Positions 8,934 through 17,763 of a stretch of 45,182 bases of DNA are shown piece after piece. The notes beneath the pieces were generated by a model, which saw nothing but the letters and a program-made list of their open reading frames with translations, was not told the origin of the DNA and did no database searches. The stretch is from Candidatus Hodarchaeaceae archaeon (GTDB taxonomy: Archaea > Hadarchaeota > Hadarchaeia > Hadarchaeales > Hadarchaeaceae): positions 1 through 45,182 of the forward strand of contig JASEJC010000002.1 in the NCBI GenBank assembly GCA_030016755.1, written 5' to 3'. The first letter of the stretch is position 1, and each line of letters begins with the position of its first letter. A program made the translations under genes and the position numbers.

Positions 8934-9329
8934 CTAATAAACGTATGCCAAAAGTCTTCCGCCTAGCCCGAGTTCCATCGCCTTTTTGTGCGTCATTACT
9001 CCTTGCTGGGTCGAAACCACTAGCGACCCGAAACCCGCCGCTGGAAGATAACGTTTTTCCCACCCTTCGTACTCGTCCTTTTTCGTGGAATGTCGGGGTT
9101 TTATCACGCCGCACCCGTTTATCTTGCCTTGAAGTGTCACTCTGAACTTCCCTGCCTTGCCGTCATCGATAAACTCGAAGTCCCCCACGAAACCCTCGGC
9201 TTGCATGATGCGCAGGATCTCCCCCACAAGCTTGGAGGCTGGAGCGAGGATAACTTCCCGCTTTCGGGCCCGTTCATAATTTTGGATTTTAGAGAGCGCG
9301 TTGGCCAATGGGTCTAGCAACATCTTCAC
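8934..9329 (-). CDS. rps8: 30S ribosomal protein uS8
   Basis: [20 protein letters not shown] and the C-terminal GGRLLAYVY. Confidence 0.9.
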   Translation of the reverse strand: MKMLLDPLANALSKIQNYERARKREVILAPASKLVGEILRIMQAEGFVGDFEFIDDGKAGKFRVTLQGKINGCGVIKPRHSTKKDEYEGWEKRYLPAAGFGSLVVSTQQGVMTHKKAMELGLGGRLLAYVY

Positions 9330-9331
9330 AC

Positions 9332-9478
9332 CTAGCTATATTTTTTGAACCCCATCTTTGGGGCGAGCTCTCGAAAACAACGCCTGCATAGCTTCAACCC
9401 GTGCTGTTGATAAACGTGCCCATAGCTACCGCAGTGTACGCACCTGTGGGCGCCCTTTCCGAATCTTCTTTTTGGCAT
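9332..9478 (-). CDS. rps14: 30S ribosomal protein uS14, zinc-binding type, 48 aa
   Basis: Hand translation gives [48 protein letters not shown], with CxxC...CxxC. The ATG overlaps the uL5 stop (ATGA). It is below the ORF-track size cutoff. Confidence 0.85.
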   Translation of the reverse strand: MPKRRFGKGAHRCVHCGSYGHVYQQHGLKLCRRCFRELAPKMGFKKYS

Positions 9479-9984
9479 CATACCACCTGAACTCCAAATT
9501 TGGTGATCATGAAATTTACAGCCTCTTCCTTAGTAATTCTATGGCTCGGTGGGATTGACTTGGCCAAATGCCTCCTCCTACTTATCCTGTAGCCGGGTCT
9601 CGCCAGCGCAACGCAGACATCCATGCCGAATATCCCTATTTCGGGGTCGTAGGAAATGCCTGGGATGTCTATGTGCTCTTTAATGCCGAATGAAAAATTG
9701 CCGCCGTTGTCAAATGAATCCTTCTTAATGCGCCGCTCAACGGCATCGAGAATTCGCTTCAAGACCTCATCCGCTCGCGAGCCACGTAAGGTCACCATGC
9801 AACCTATGGGTGCCCCGCGCTTTACTCCCCACTCTCGAACCGCTTTCTTTGCGTAGGTACGTACAGGTTTTTGTTTGGTGACGCTTTCAAGCACTTTCTC
9901 GGCCTTGACAAGCTTATCACCACCTTCACCAACGCCCACGTTCAAAACAACCTTCTCAATTCGAATTTCACGCATCGGATTCAT
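9478..9984 (-). CDS. rpl5: 50S ribosomal protein uL5
   Basis: [24 protein letters not shown] and [13 protein letters not shown] motifs. Confidence 0.9.
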   Translation of the reverse strand: MNPMREIRIEKVVLNVGVGEGGDKLVKAEKVLESVTKQKPVRTYAKKAVREWGVKRGAPIGCMVTLRGSRADEVLKRILDAVERRIKKDSFDNGGNFSFGIKEHIDIPGISYDPEIGIFGMDVCVALARPGYRISRRRHLAKSIPPSHRITKEEAVNFMITKFGVQVV

Positions 9985-10712
9985 TATCTCACGCCCGGTA
10001 GTGTGATAGATGGTTTTTTCTTGCCCACGACGAACACATAGTCTTCTGGAGCTTGGAACTCTTCCCCATCTGTTTTTAGAATCACGATGTTTGGTTGTGC
10101 GCTGGTGACCCGCTTGATTTCAGATATCCTACCGATCTTGCCGACATTAGTTCCGCCTGTGATCAATGCCATCGCGCCCACCTCAAACGGAAAGCGTTCT
10201 AGCACCTTCAGGTCAGGCAATGCCAGTTTAGCGACATCTCTTGGCTTGAACTCGTTCAGGTCGCCTACGAGCGTTTTGCCGTCATGAAATGTCAGCTGGA
10301 CCTTTCCCCCTCGCACAATTTGCTTACGCACCACCTCACAAAGTTTAACGGATGCCTCGGACTGATTTATCTCACTAACAATCAAGCGTTTCCTGTGGTC
10401 CAAAAGCACGCGATAACTACGGCCGAGCGCAGGTAACTGTACCACATCCATTATTCCAACCGGGAACTTGGGCTCCCGCCTGACCTTCCCATCCACCAAA
10501 ACGTTTCCTTTAGAGAGAATGTGGTCGATAACTCTGCCCTCGTGCCCGACCGATAGGTAATCACGTAGGAGAAGGCGCAAAGGGATGGCACCTTTGCTGG
10601 GGTGGGGGCCGGGTGCAGCCTTCGTCGTCCAAGTGAACGATTTGCGAGGTAGCTTGAGAGCCCTCGACGCAGCATAGCGTTTCAGATGCCTGCTTCCGCC
10701 TTTTTTAGCCAC
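9984..10712 (-). CDS. rps4e: 30S ribosomal protein eS4
   Basis: KKGGSRHLKRYAASRALKLPRK...PGPH. Start placed at the GTG at 10710-10712, overlapping the uL24 stop, with an alternative TTG at 10730. Confidence 0.85.
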   Translation of the reverse strand: MAKKGGSRHLKRYAASRALKLPRKSFTWTTKAAPGPHPSKGAIPLRLLLRDYLSVGHEGRVIDHILSKGNVLVDGKVRREPKFPVGIMDVVQLPALGRSYRVLLDHRKRLIVSEINQSEASVKLCEVVRKQIVRGGKVQLTFHDGKTLVGDLNEFKPRDVAKLALPDLKVLERFPFEVGAMALITGGTNVGKIGRISEIKRVTSAQPNIVILKTDGEEFQAPEDYVFVVGKKKPSITLPGVR

Positions 10713-11067
10713 TTTTAGCCACCCTTTCAAGAGCTTGCATGCGTTCCTTGTCTTCGGCGAGCTTCAGCAGCATAACATTTGAAGGTCGAATGGGTCTTGG
10801 AACTTGGGTCCCATCGGCTTTGGTAATAGATGCCCCCTCAACGTAAAGCGATCGACGTTTGGAATCTATGCCCACAACCTCGCCCTCAAGTTTCTTGAAA
10901 TCGCCACGTAGGACCCGCACGCGGTCGCCCTTCCTTAGAGGTAGTGCCCGGGTTTTGTATTTTTCCTTTAGCTCCCGGCTGAGAGGGGCCGAGAGAAACC
11001 TATGCCTAAGGTGTAGGGGGGCGGAATAAAGCGCCAAACGTTGTTTTCTGGGTTTGCTTGTCACCAT
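10705..11067 (-). CDS. rpl24: 50S ribosomal protein uL24
   Basis: KPRKQRLALYSAPLHLRHRFLSAPLS and the KOW motif LRKGDRVRVLRGDFKKLEGEV. Confidence 0.9.
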   Translation of the reverse strand: MVTSKPRKQRLALYSAPLHLRHRFLSAPLSRELKEKYKTRALPLRKGDRVRVLRGDFKKLEGEVVGIDSKRRSLYVEGASITKADGTQVPRPIRPSNVMLLKLAEDKERMQALERVAKSG

Positions 11068-11070
11068 AGG

Positions 11071-11496
11071 TCAAACCACCATCGAAGCTATCCCCGCTAC
11101 CCGCGGCCATCTCTCAGCGGCCTCCCTCGCCATGGGTCCCTTGATTTCGGAGCCACGGGGGGCGGCCTCAGGGGTGATGAGTACAGCTGCATTGTCCTCA
11201 AATTTTACGCGCATGCCGTCCGCGCGGCGGTACTCCTTTGTCTGCCGGATGATGACTGCTTGAACGAGTTGAGCTCTGAGCTCGGGGGTTCCTTTCTTGA
11301 CCGATGCAACAATGCGATTGCCAACGCCAGCATTTGCCATGCGCGCGCGTCTACCCTTGTAGCCCATCACACTTATAATCTGCAACTCCCTAGCCCCGGT
11401 GTTATCCGCACATATGAGGGTCGCCCCTACTGGCAGTGCACGCACAGGAGCCACTGCAGAGACCCCTATTGAAGTGGCAGCTCCTTTTTTCCCCAT
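11071..11496 (-). CDS. rpl14: 50S ribosomal protein uL14
   Basis: [26 protein letters not shown] and [15 protein letters not shown] motifs. Confidence 0.9.
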   Translation of the reverse strand: MGKKGAATSIGVSAVAPVRALPVGATLICADNTGARELQIISVMGYKGRRARMANAGVGNRIVASVKKGTPELRAQLVQAVIIRQTKEYRRADGMRVKFEDNAAVLITPEAAPRGSEIKGPMAREAAERWPRVAGIASMVV

Positions 11497-11498
11497 TT

Positions 11499-11825
11499 TT
11501 ATGCCCCCAATTTCTGCACGACGACAAATGCCTTGGTCTTGCTAAGTCGCCGGCATTCCATGATCCTGACCCTGTCGCCCGCCTTTGCCGCGATGCAGGG
11601 AGGGTTGTGGGCATGGAACTTTGAGGTACGACGTTCGTATCTCTCGTATTTAGGGATGTGGTGCATGCGCTCGAGCTCCACGGTCACCGTGTGAGCCATT
11701 TTGTCGCTCACGACTACCCCCTCGAATGCTCGCCCTCTCACCGACAGCGTGCCGTGAAACGGACACTTCTGGTCCAAGCATTTTTCCTTTGGTGGTTCAA
11801 TTCCCATGCCAACCATTTTTTTCAC
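11499..11825 (-). CDS. rps17: 30S ribosomal protein uS17
   Basis: [28 protein letters not shown] and [16 protein letters not shown] motifs. Confidence 0.9.
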   Translation of the reverse strand: MKKMVGMGIEPPKEKCLDQKCPFHGTLSVRGRAFEGVVVSDKMAHTVTVELERMHHIPKYERYERRTSKFHAHNPPCIAAKAGDRVRIMECRRLSKTKAFVVVQKLGA

Positions 11826-12094
11826 CTCTTCCGCCTGACCCGCTCCTCAGGCCGCCCAATCAGCTTTTTGCCTTCAACTGTTACTCCCTTGCCGTTTGAC
11901 ATGGCAATCAAGAAAGTCGAGCTCGATTTTGGGATAATTTTGTCCTTGCCCGCCTGCTCCACCACTAGCATGTCCCGCGTTTCATCGACTATCTTTCCAT
12001 GGATGCCGACCAGCGTGGGGTCCGAACTATTCACGACTCTAGCCTCGAGCCCTATAAGCTCGTGCCGCATCGGGTTTTGTTTAGTCACAGACAT
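11822..12094 (-). CDS. rnp1: RNase P protein component 1 (Rpp29/Pop4 homolog)
   Basis: [35 protein letters not shown], in the conserved slot between SUI1 and uS17. Start trimmed to the ATG at 12092-12094, preceded by GGTGG and just after the SUI1 stop. Confidence 0.75.
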   Translation of the reverse strand: MSVTKQNPMRHELIGLEARVVNSSDPTLVGIHGKIVDETRDMLVVEQAGKDKIIPKSSSTFLIAMSNGKGVTVEGKKLIGRPEERVRRKR

Positions 12095-12102
12095 TGAACC
12101 AC

Positions 12103-12411
12103 CTATCTTACGTCGACCATCTCGGGGGAGAACCCCATCACCACGAGCACATCCTTGACGCGCGATTTGTGGTCGCCTTGTAGTTCGATGCGTCCATCTT
12201 TTGCTGTCCCTCCACATGCGAGTTTTTCTTTGAGGCTCTTTGTCAGCTCCTTCAGGTTCAACTGTTTTTCGTCCAGCCCTTCGATGACTGTCACGACCTT
12301 GCCGAATTTTCGCTTCTCAGAGAACACGTTTATTCGCTGTTGTTCGCGTGCTATCTCCTGACAGACGCAGAGTTCCTTTGGCAAACCACAAACCTTGCAT
12401 ATTTCTTGCAG
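12103..12411 (-). CDS. sui1: translation initiation factor aSUI1/eIF1
   Basis: GLPKELCVCQEIAREQQRINVFSEKRKFGKVVTVIEGL...LACGGTAKDGRIELQGDH. The 5' end is extended to the CTG at 12409-12411 so that the conserved EICKVCG zinc-knuckle half is included. The track start is the TTG at 12384. Confidence 0.75.
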   Translation of the reverse strand: MQEICKVCGLPKELCVCQEIAREQQRINVFSEKRKFGKVVTVIEGLDEKQLNLKELTKSLKEKLACGGTAKDGRIELQGDHKSRVKDVLVVMGFSPEMVDVR

Positions 12412-12414
12412 CGC

Positions 12415-12624
12415 TCATGCACCTCCTTTTTGTTTTTCCTTCAATATCGTAAGTATCCTTGCGATAGTGCGCCTGAGCTCCTTGATTCGCGCAGGGTTCT
12501 CCAGCGAACCGCCTGCAGTTACGGTCGCCCGTGCCCGCGCCAATTCGGCCCGCAGCTCCCTGAGCTTCTCGAGCATCTCCTCGGGGTTCATCGCCCTAAT
12601 CTCGTTAGGTCTCAGTATCGCCAC
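12415..12624 (-). CDS. rpl29: 50S ribosomal protein uL29
   Basis: LRPNEIRAMNPEEMLEKLRELRAELARAR. Confidence 0.85.
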   Translation of the reverse strand: MAILRPNEIRAMNPEEMLEKLRELRAELARARATVTAGGSLENPARIKELRRTIARILTILKEKQKGGA

Positions 12625-13291
12625 TCGCCTCGCCTTCTTTAGGTGCTAGTTTTTCCTCTTCTTCAGGTTTGGGCTGTGGTGCCTCAGCTGGCTTGGTCTC
12701 TGCTTCTACCTTGATTTCGTCAGGCAATGAGACATCGGGGAGCATTATGCTGACTTTGACTCCGGCCACCCCGGGCTTGAGTTTCGCTACGGCATAGCCA
12801 TGACTCACGAGTTTCTCAGCGGGTACGCCGGCTTTGCTGAGATAGCCCTGATAAAATCTCTCGCTCCTCGATCGCTCCCCGGCTATCCTTCCTGAAACCA
12901 CGATCTCAACGCCGCGCGCGCCCGCACCCATTATTCGCCTAATCATGCCGCGACAGGCCCGCCTCACGCGTATCCCGCGCTCGATGGCGAAGGCGACTCG
13001 CTTGGCCATAATCGGACCTGATAATTCAGGTTTCGGAATTTCGACCACTTCCACCTGCGGGTTTTCCAGCCCAAATTTTTTTTCTAACTCATCGGTGAGC
13101 TGTTTGATGCTCTTTCCCTTACGCCCTATCACCATGCCCGGCCTCTCCACATATAGGGCCACGTGTGTGCCAGTCGGAATCCGCCTCACATCCGCGCCGC
13201 TGTAACCAGCCCGCTCTAGCTCTGCCTCCAAAAATGACTCGAGTTCGACGCGCTTCATGCCCAACTTTATGAAGGTTCGCTCCACTGGCAC
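12605..13291 (-). CDS. rps3: 30S ribosomal protein uS3
   Basis: KH domain VIGRKGKSIKQLTDELEKKFG and GVEIVVSGRIAGERSRSERF, followed by an acidic, proline-rich C-terminal tail. Confidence 0.9.
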   Translation of the reverse strand: MPVERTFIKLGMKRVELESFLEAELERAGYSGADVRRIPTGTHVALYVERPGMVIGRKGKSIKQLTDELEKKFGLENPQVEVVEIPKPELSGPIMAKRVAFAIERGIRVRRACRGMIRRIMGAGARGVEIVVSGRIAGERSRSERFYQGYLSKAGVPAEKLVSHGYAVAKLKPGVAGVKVSIMLPDVSLPDEIKVEAETKPAEAPQPKPEEEEKLAPKEGEASGDTET

Positions 13292-13752
13292 TAGGACGCC
13301 TCCTTTAGGACTATCTCGATATTTGTAAGCGGCTTGTTGAATGATGTAGCCCGCCCGAAAGCCCGCGGGAGAATTCCTGGAAGGGTGATGCCTTTGTAAG
13401 CGCTGGCGTGTACGATCAGGAGCTTTTCGGCATCCAGCCCTTTGTAGCTCGCGTTGGCCTCCGCGTTTTTTAACACCTTTAGGATCTCCCGGGCTGCTTT
13501 GACAGGGTACTGTCCGCTGCCATGGCCCCCTTTCCTATGGGCAAGTTTCTTTCTGTGTCGTACGAAGGAAACTGCTTTTCGCTTAGCTCGGACTGCTTCC
13601 AAATATTCCTTCGCGGCGTTCAAACGCATGCCCCGTATGGCACGACAGACCTCCATCGCGTGCTTGGGTGAGATCCTCATTTCCTTACCGAATGCCCTCG
13701 CGCATGGCTCATTGATTTTAGCAGAGTAACCAAACTTGGGCATTGACATCAC
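13291..13752 (-). CDS. rpl22: 50S ribosomal protein uL22
   Basis: [28 protein letters not shown]...[12 protein letters not shown]. Confidence 0.9.
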   Translation of the reverse strand: MMSMPKFGYSAKINEPCARAFGKEMRISPKHAMEVCRAIRGMRLNAAKEYLEAVRAKRKAVSFVRHRKKLAHRKGGHGSGQYPVKAAREILKVLKNAEANASYKGLDAEKLLIVHASAYKGITLPGILPRAFGRATSFNKPLTNIEIVLKEAS

Positions 13753-14144
13753 TTCAGTGGGATGTACATTGAGCTGCGGGTAGCCCCTATGCCTGGAGTG
13801 CCGTGGATAACCTTCTTTCGTGTCTGAGAGAATTCCCCTAGGCGGTGGCCAATCATCTCCGGCGTCACCTCGACGACGATGAATTCCTTTCCGTTATGGA
13901 CGGCAAACTTTAGACCTACCATCTCAGGTAGCACTATCATCTCTCTGCAATGAGTTCGAATAGGACCCTCCCCGCCCGCCGCCCTTGTTCTCCTGATGTG
14001 CTCCATCAATTTTTTCTCCATTGGGGTGAGGCCTCGAACCAACGAACGTCTTTGGCGAGCCGGTAATAGCTTCGCAAAATCATCTAGGGGGAGCTTTTGG
14101 AGCTCCTCGAGTGCGTAGCCATGGAAGGTGAACTTCTTGGGCAT
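13749..14144 (-). CDS. rps19: 30S ribosomal protein uS19
   Basis: [36 protein letters not shown]. Confidence 0.9.
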   Translation of the reverse strand: MPKKFTFHGYALEELQKLPLDDFAKLLPARQRRSLVRGLTPMEKKLMEHIRRTRAAGGEGPIRTHCREMIVLPEMVGLKFAVHNGKEFIVVEVTPEMIGHRLGEFSQTRKKVIHGTPGIGATRSSMYIPLK

Positions 14145-14148
14145 AGTC

Positions 14149-14856
14149 TTACCTCTTACCTGTTCTCCTAGCCGATATTAACCCCACTTTCTGTCCCGGT
14201 GCAGTGCTCCTCGCGATCGTTTTTGGTCTGCCGGCGTGTTTTCCCCTGCCTCCCCCAAATGGGTGGTCTACGACGTTCATCGCCACGCCTCGGACATGCG
14301 GATAGGGTTTGCCCTTGGCGAGCAGGATGTGGTAGCGCTTCCCAGCCTTGGTTAAAGGTTTCTCCAAGCGTCCGCCCCCAGCGACAACCCCGATGGTCGC
14401 GCGGCAGCGGGGGTTGAAGTCCCTGAGCTCACCGGATGGAAGCTGGACGGTGGCGCGGCCGACATCGTGGGCGATCAAGGTGGCGCAAGTGCCAGATGAC
14501 CTCGCAAACCGTCCTCCATCCCCCGGCCGAGATTCGATATTGTGGATGGGAGTGCCTTCGGGTATCTCGGCTAACGAGAGGGTGTTTCCGGGCTTTGCGG
14601 GGGCAGAGATCCCCGCTGCTATCCGCTCCCCTAATTTTATTCCCTCTGGCGCGAGGATCAAGCGCTCCTGGCCGTCACCATACCTTACCCTAGCGACCGG
14701 AGCGTTTCTGCCGGGGTCATTTAGAATGTCGATTACCACCGCCTCGCCAGTTTCCTCAGGTGGGGGCAGCCTTATCTCACCCAGCCTGCGCCAATGTTTC
14801 GCTCGATAGGTTGGTGAACCTTTTCCACGACGTTGGGCTCTGATCCGCTTGCCCAT
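14149..14856 (-). CDS. rpl2: 50S ribosomal protein uL2
   Basis: [22 protein letters not shown] and [18 protein letters not shown] motifs. Confidence 0.95.
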   Translation of the reverse strand: MGKRIRAQRRGKGSPTYRAKHWRRLGEIRLPPPEETGEAVVIDILNDPGRNAPVARVRYGDGQERLILAPEGIKLGERIAAGISAPAKPGNTLSLAEIPEGTPIHNIESRPGDGGRFARSSGTCATLIAHDVGRATVQLPSGELRDFNPRCRATIGVVAGGGRLEKPLTKAGKRYHILLAKGKPYPHVRGVAMNVVDHPFGGGRGKHAGRPKTIARSTAPGQKVGLISARRTGKR

Positions 14857-15120
14857 TTAAATCATCCCCAATTTTGCGGCTATCTCGTCCGCCATGAACT
14901 CGGGGGCGAGCCTCACGTAGGCACGCTTCCGTCCGTCAGGGGTTATCTCCACCTTCACGTTGTTTACCCGCACCTCAAAAAGGGTCTCGACCGCGCGTTT
15001 GACATCGGATTTTGATGCATCATTGGCTACTATAAACACGAGTTTGTTTTCAGACTCAATCAATTTCACGACCTTCTCCGTAGCTTGGGGGTAAAGCAGC
15101 ACTTTGTGGGGATCCTTCAT
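14857..15120 (-). CDS. rpl23: 50S ribosomal protein uL23
   Basis: LLYPQATEKVVKLIESENKLVFIVANDASKSDVKRAVE. Confidence 0.9.
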   Translation of the reverse strand: MKDPHKVLLYPQATEKVVKLIESENKLVFIVANDASKSDVKRAVETLFEVRVNNVKVEITPDGRKRAYVRLAPEFMADEIAAKLGMI

Positions 15121-15896
15121 GTAAATAAACCTCCAAGTTTTTGAATAGCCCCCTTAGTCCATAGGATAAGCCGGCCCGGCACGCCTCCGGGGGCAAGCAG
15201 TTCCGCGTTGAGTTCCGCCACCCTCGCGACTTTCGTACCAGGGATATTTCTCGCCCCACGACCGATACCCCTGTCCTCCCCGACCACGATGAGAGGACCA
15301 ACCGCCAATTTATACCTCCTACCCCGCATCTTGCCGCGCCCGCTTCGTACCCGCTTGCTGGAGATCACGCGCTCGATGTCACTCCAGAGCCCCAGCTTTT
15401 GAAGCACGCCTTTGATCTCGCTTGTCTTTTTCATTCCCTCGAGTTCATCGCTCACGATGAGAGGGAACCCAACAACTTTGTCTACAGCGTGTCCCCTAGA
15501 CGCGACAAGTTTTTTCTCTTTAGTGGCGGCTATGGCAGACCGGATTGCAAGGCGGCGCTCCTTTTTATTTATGCGCTCGCGGAGCACTTTTTCAACCTTT
15601 GGTGGATGCGCCCGCCTACCACCCACCGTGTGAGGCGAAAATGCACCCTTGCCCGCGGCGGGATACCGGGTTCCCTTCACTCTGCGCACGCGGGAAACGC
15701 CAAAACCCTTCCCCCAAGTCTCCGCGGATGTTCGTTTGCCGGCCATCTCGTCTGCCCCCCACGGCTGGAGCCTAGCGGTTTGTGCGGCCAAGACTGCGCG
15801 CCTTATCAAGTCCGGCCGCAACTCGGTCTGAAAAACAGGCGGGAGCTCAACTTCTTCGGCTGGTTGACCTTCAAGGGAAAAAACCTGAACCTTCAT
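15117..15896 (-). CDS. rpl4: 50S ribosomal protein uL4
   Basis: PWGADEMAGKRTSAETWGKGFGVSRVRRVKG and synteny between uL3 and uL23. Confidence 0.9.
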   Translation of the reverse strand: MKVQVFSLEGQPAEEVELPPVFQTELRPDLIRRAVLAAQTARLQPWGADEMAGKRTSAETWGKGFGVSRVRRVKGTRYPAAGKGAFSPHTVGGRRAHPPKVEKVLRERINKKERRLAIRSAIAATKEKKLVASRGHAVDKVVGFPLIVSDELEGMKKTSEIKGVLQKLGLWSDIERVISSKRVRSGRGKMRGRRYKLAVGPLIVVGEDRGIGRGARNIPGTKVARVAELNAELLAPGGVPGRLILWTKGAIQKLGGLFT

Positions 15897-15897
15897 T

Positions 15898-16908
15898 CTA
15901 CGCCCCCTGGTGTGATCCCGTGCTTATGTATGTGATGGATGGCGGCGAGGTCGGAGCGCCCGGGGGCAGCCTGAGGGGTCGCCTGAGCTGCACGAGGCGC
16001 TTCGTTGGGCCAGGGACAGACCCAGCTAGCATCACGAACTCCCCCTTGATGGGGCCATAGCGTAGGAACCCCCCGCTCGGCGTAATCTTCTTGCCATCGC
16101 TTCCGATTTTCAAAATTCGTTTGTTGAATTCAGTGCGCTGGTGATATCCCATCTGACCCGGGGCGGGGACCGTCCACATGACTCGCGCGGGAGACCACGG
16201 ACCGAGTGTACCAACTTGGCGCCTGCCCTCATCGCTCTTGCGTGGCAGAATTTTGATCCCCCAGCGTTTGACAGGTCCTTGAAATCCCTTCCCCTTTGTG
16301 ATCGCGAGGACATCGACGAATTCCCCTTCTTTAAACACATCAGCAACCCTGACCTGCTTCCCCAGTAGACTTTTTGAATAATTCCAGCGCTCTTCGACTG
16401 AGCTGCCTCCGACGCGAATCTCGAGTAGGTCTGGCTTTCTCTTGGGGACGTTACTGGCCCAAGGCTGGGTGCAGGCTATCACGCGGATGTCGGCGACCTT
16501 GCCATCCTTGATGAGGGCTTCCGCCCGCTCGATGACCTTCTGCGCTTCGTATTTTTTAGGCAGGTTCAGTGCACGCGAGAGCTCTTTGGGTAGCTCGCTT
16601 GCCCAAACCTCAGTAACTGCGTTCAGCCCCATCGCGCTTGAGTTATAAAGACGAATTGCGCAGACAACGAGCGGCGGGGTTTCAATCACCGTCGCGGGGA
16701 TGTTTATCTCCTGCCCTGCGGTCGGGCTGCCTTTGCGATCATCAATCATGAAGAGATTGATCATGCCCGCCTTGTAGCCTGCGATCGCTTGGAGACCAAG
16801 CCTAGCTTCCGCTGGCCAAGCCCGCACTTGGGCTATCGGCCGTGGGGCCCGCACGCGAGGCATGTATGCGAGCGAGCCCCGCTTCGGGCGGTGCTTTCGT
16901 CTTCCCAT
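15898..16908 (-). CDS. rpl3: 50S ribosomal protein uL3
   Basis: HRPKRGSLAYMPR, ITKGKGFQGPVKRWG and GQMGYHQRTEFNKRILK motifs. Confidence 0.95.
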   Translation of the reverse strand: MGRRKHRPKRGSLAYMPRVRAPRPIAQVRAWPAEARLGLQAIAGYKAGMINLFMIDDRKGSPTAGQEINIPATVIETPPLVVCAIRLYNSSAMGLNAVTEVWASELPKELSRALNLPKKYEAQKVIERAEALIKDGKVADIRVIACTQPWASNVPKRKPDLLEIRVGGSSVEERWNYSKSLLGKQVRVADVFKEGEFVDVLAITKGKGFQGPVKRWGIKILPRKSDEGRRQVGTLGPWSPARVMWTVPAPGQMGYHQRTEFNKRILKIGSDGKKITPSGGFLRYGPIKGEFVMLAGSVPGPTKRLVQLRRPLRLPPGAPTSPPSITYISTGSHQGA

Positions 16909-16909
16909 T

Positions 16910-17758
16910 CTATCCCCTTATGAGCAGGTTCAGCAGCGCGAGAGTGGCCACGAGCGCCTCCTCAGTCCGAACCGTTGCGGTGCCCTGGCTCGGGATTGTA
17001 TTTATCACGACGTCGAAGAGTTCCTGCGCATCGACGCCTTGGCGCTCGCAGATCTCAAAGAGGCCCGCGTAAGGGCCCCCGAAGGCCACCGCCATGCTGC
17101 GAGGGTTGCTACTCTTTATCGCCTGCGTGGCCTCATATAAATTTTGGCCGCGCCGCGAAGTCCCAATAGAATAGTCAGCTTTCAAAACTTTTAAGCTCTC
17201 TCTAAGCGTTTTTGCCTGCAACACCTCGTAGCCCCAGTACTCGGGGACTTCAGCCCGCGTCACGGGGGTGGCAGGTATGCGGCCGCCGGTTCGTTTCCCC
17301 AGTCTGACCGTCAGCCGCTGACCGACCCTGAGCTTTTCGTTTATCGTGGCCCTTTCTGGCAGGCCGATCTCCAACAAGCTTTGGTCCCCATGGGTTTCGA
17401 TGATGACCCCTTCACGGCAATCTCCCGGTTTGTCTTTCTCGCCTTCAAGCGGGTGATTAGGTGTTCTTAGGGGAGGGAGCAAGCCAGCGTAGCGGAGCTC
17501 GGGTACGCGTTTGAAAAGCAGCTTGCGCAGGTATTGTGGCGTTTCCATGTATTTCAAAAGCGTCGTTATGAGCCTGGTCTCGACCGCTTGGTTTTTCACA
17601 TATGGATCATCATCGTTGTAGATGCAAACCTGCTCCACACGAAAAATTGCGAGCGCGCGCCCAACCGAACCAATTTTGATGGTTTTCTGACGAAGGTCTG
17701 AAGCATCGTTTACCAGTGAGGCAGGTAAGAGAACCGATATGGAGGGTTTAGGTCTCAT
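16910..17758 (-). CDS. putative SPOUT-class RNA methyltransferase (COG2106/DUF171 family)
   Basis: ISVLLPASLVNDASDLRQKTIKIGSVGRALAIFRVEQVCIY, and the conserved archaeal position immediately upstream of uL3. Confidence 0.6.
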   Translation of the reverse strand: MRPKPSISVLLPASLVNDASDLRQKTIKIGSVGRALAIFRVEQVCIYNDDDPYVKNQAVETRLITTLLKYMETPQYLRKLLFKRVPELRYAGLLPPLRTPNHPLEGEKDKPGDCREGVIIETHGDQSLLEIGLPERATINEKLRVGQRLTVRLGKRTGGRIPATPVTRAEVPEYWGYEVLQAKTLRESLKVLKADYSIGTSRRGQNLYEATQAIKSSNPRSMAVAFGGPYAGLFEICERQGVDAQELFDVVINTIPSQGTATVRTEEALVATLALLNLLIRG

Positions 17759-17763
17759 GGCTA

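Noticed and set aside
10703-10730. Tandem GTGGCTAAAA / GTGGCTAAAAAA repeat at the uL24/eS4 junction
   Set aside because: There are only two short copies, coinciding with the uL24 C-terminus and the eS4 N-terminus (both encode VAK). It is probably a coincidental or slippage-derived start-site duplication, not a regulatory repeat.
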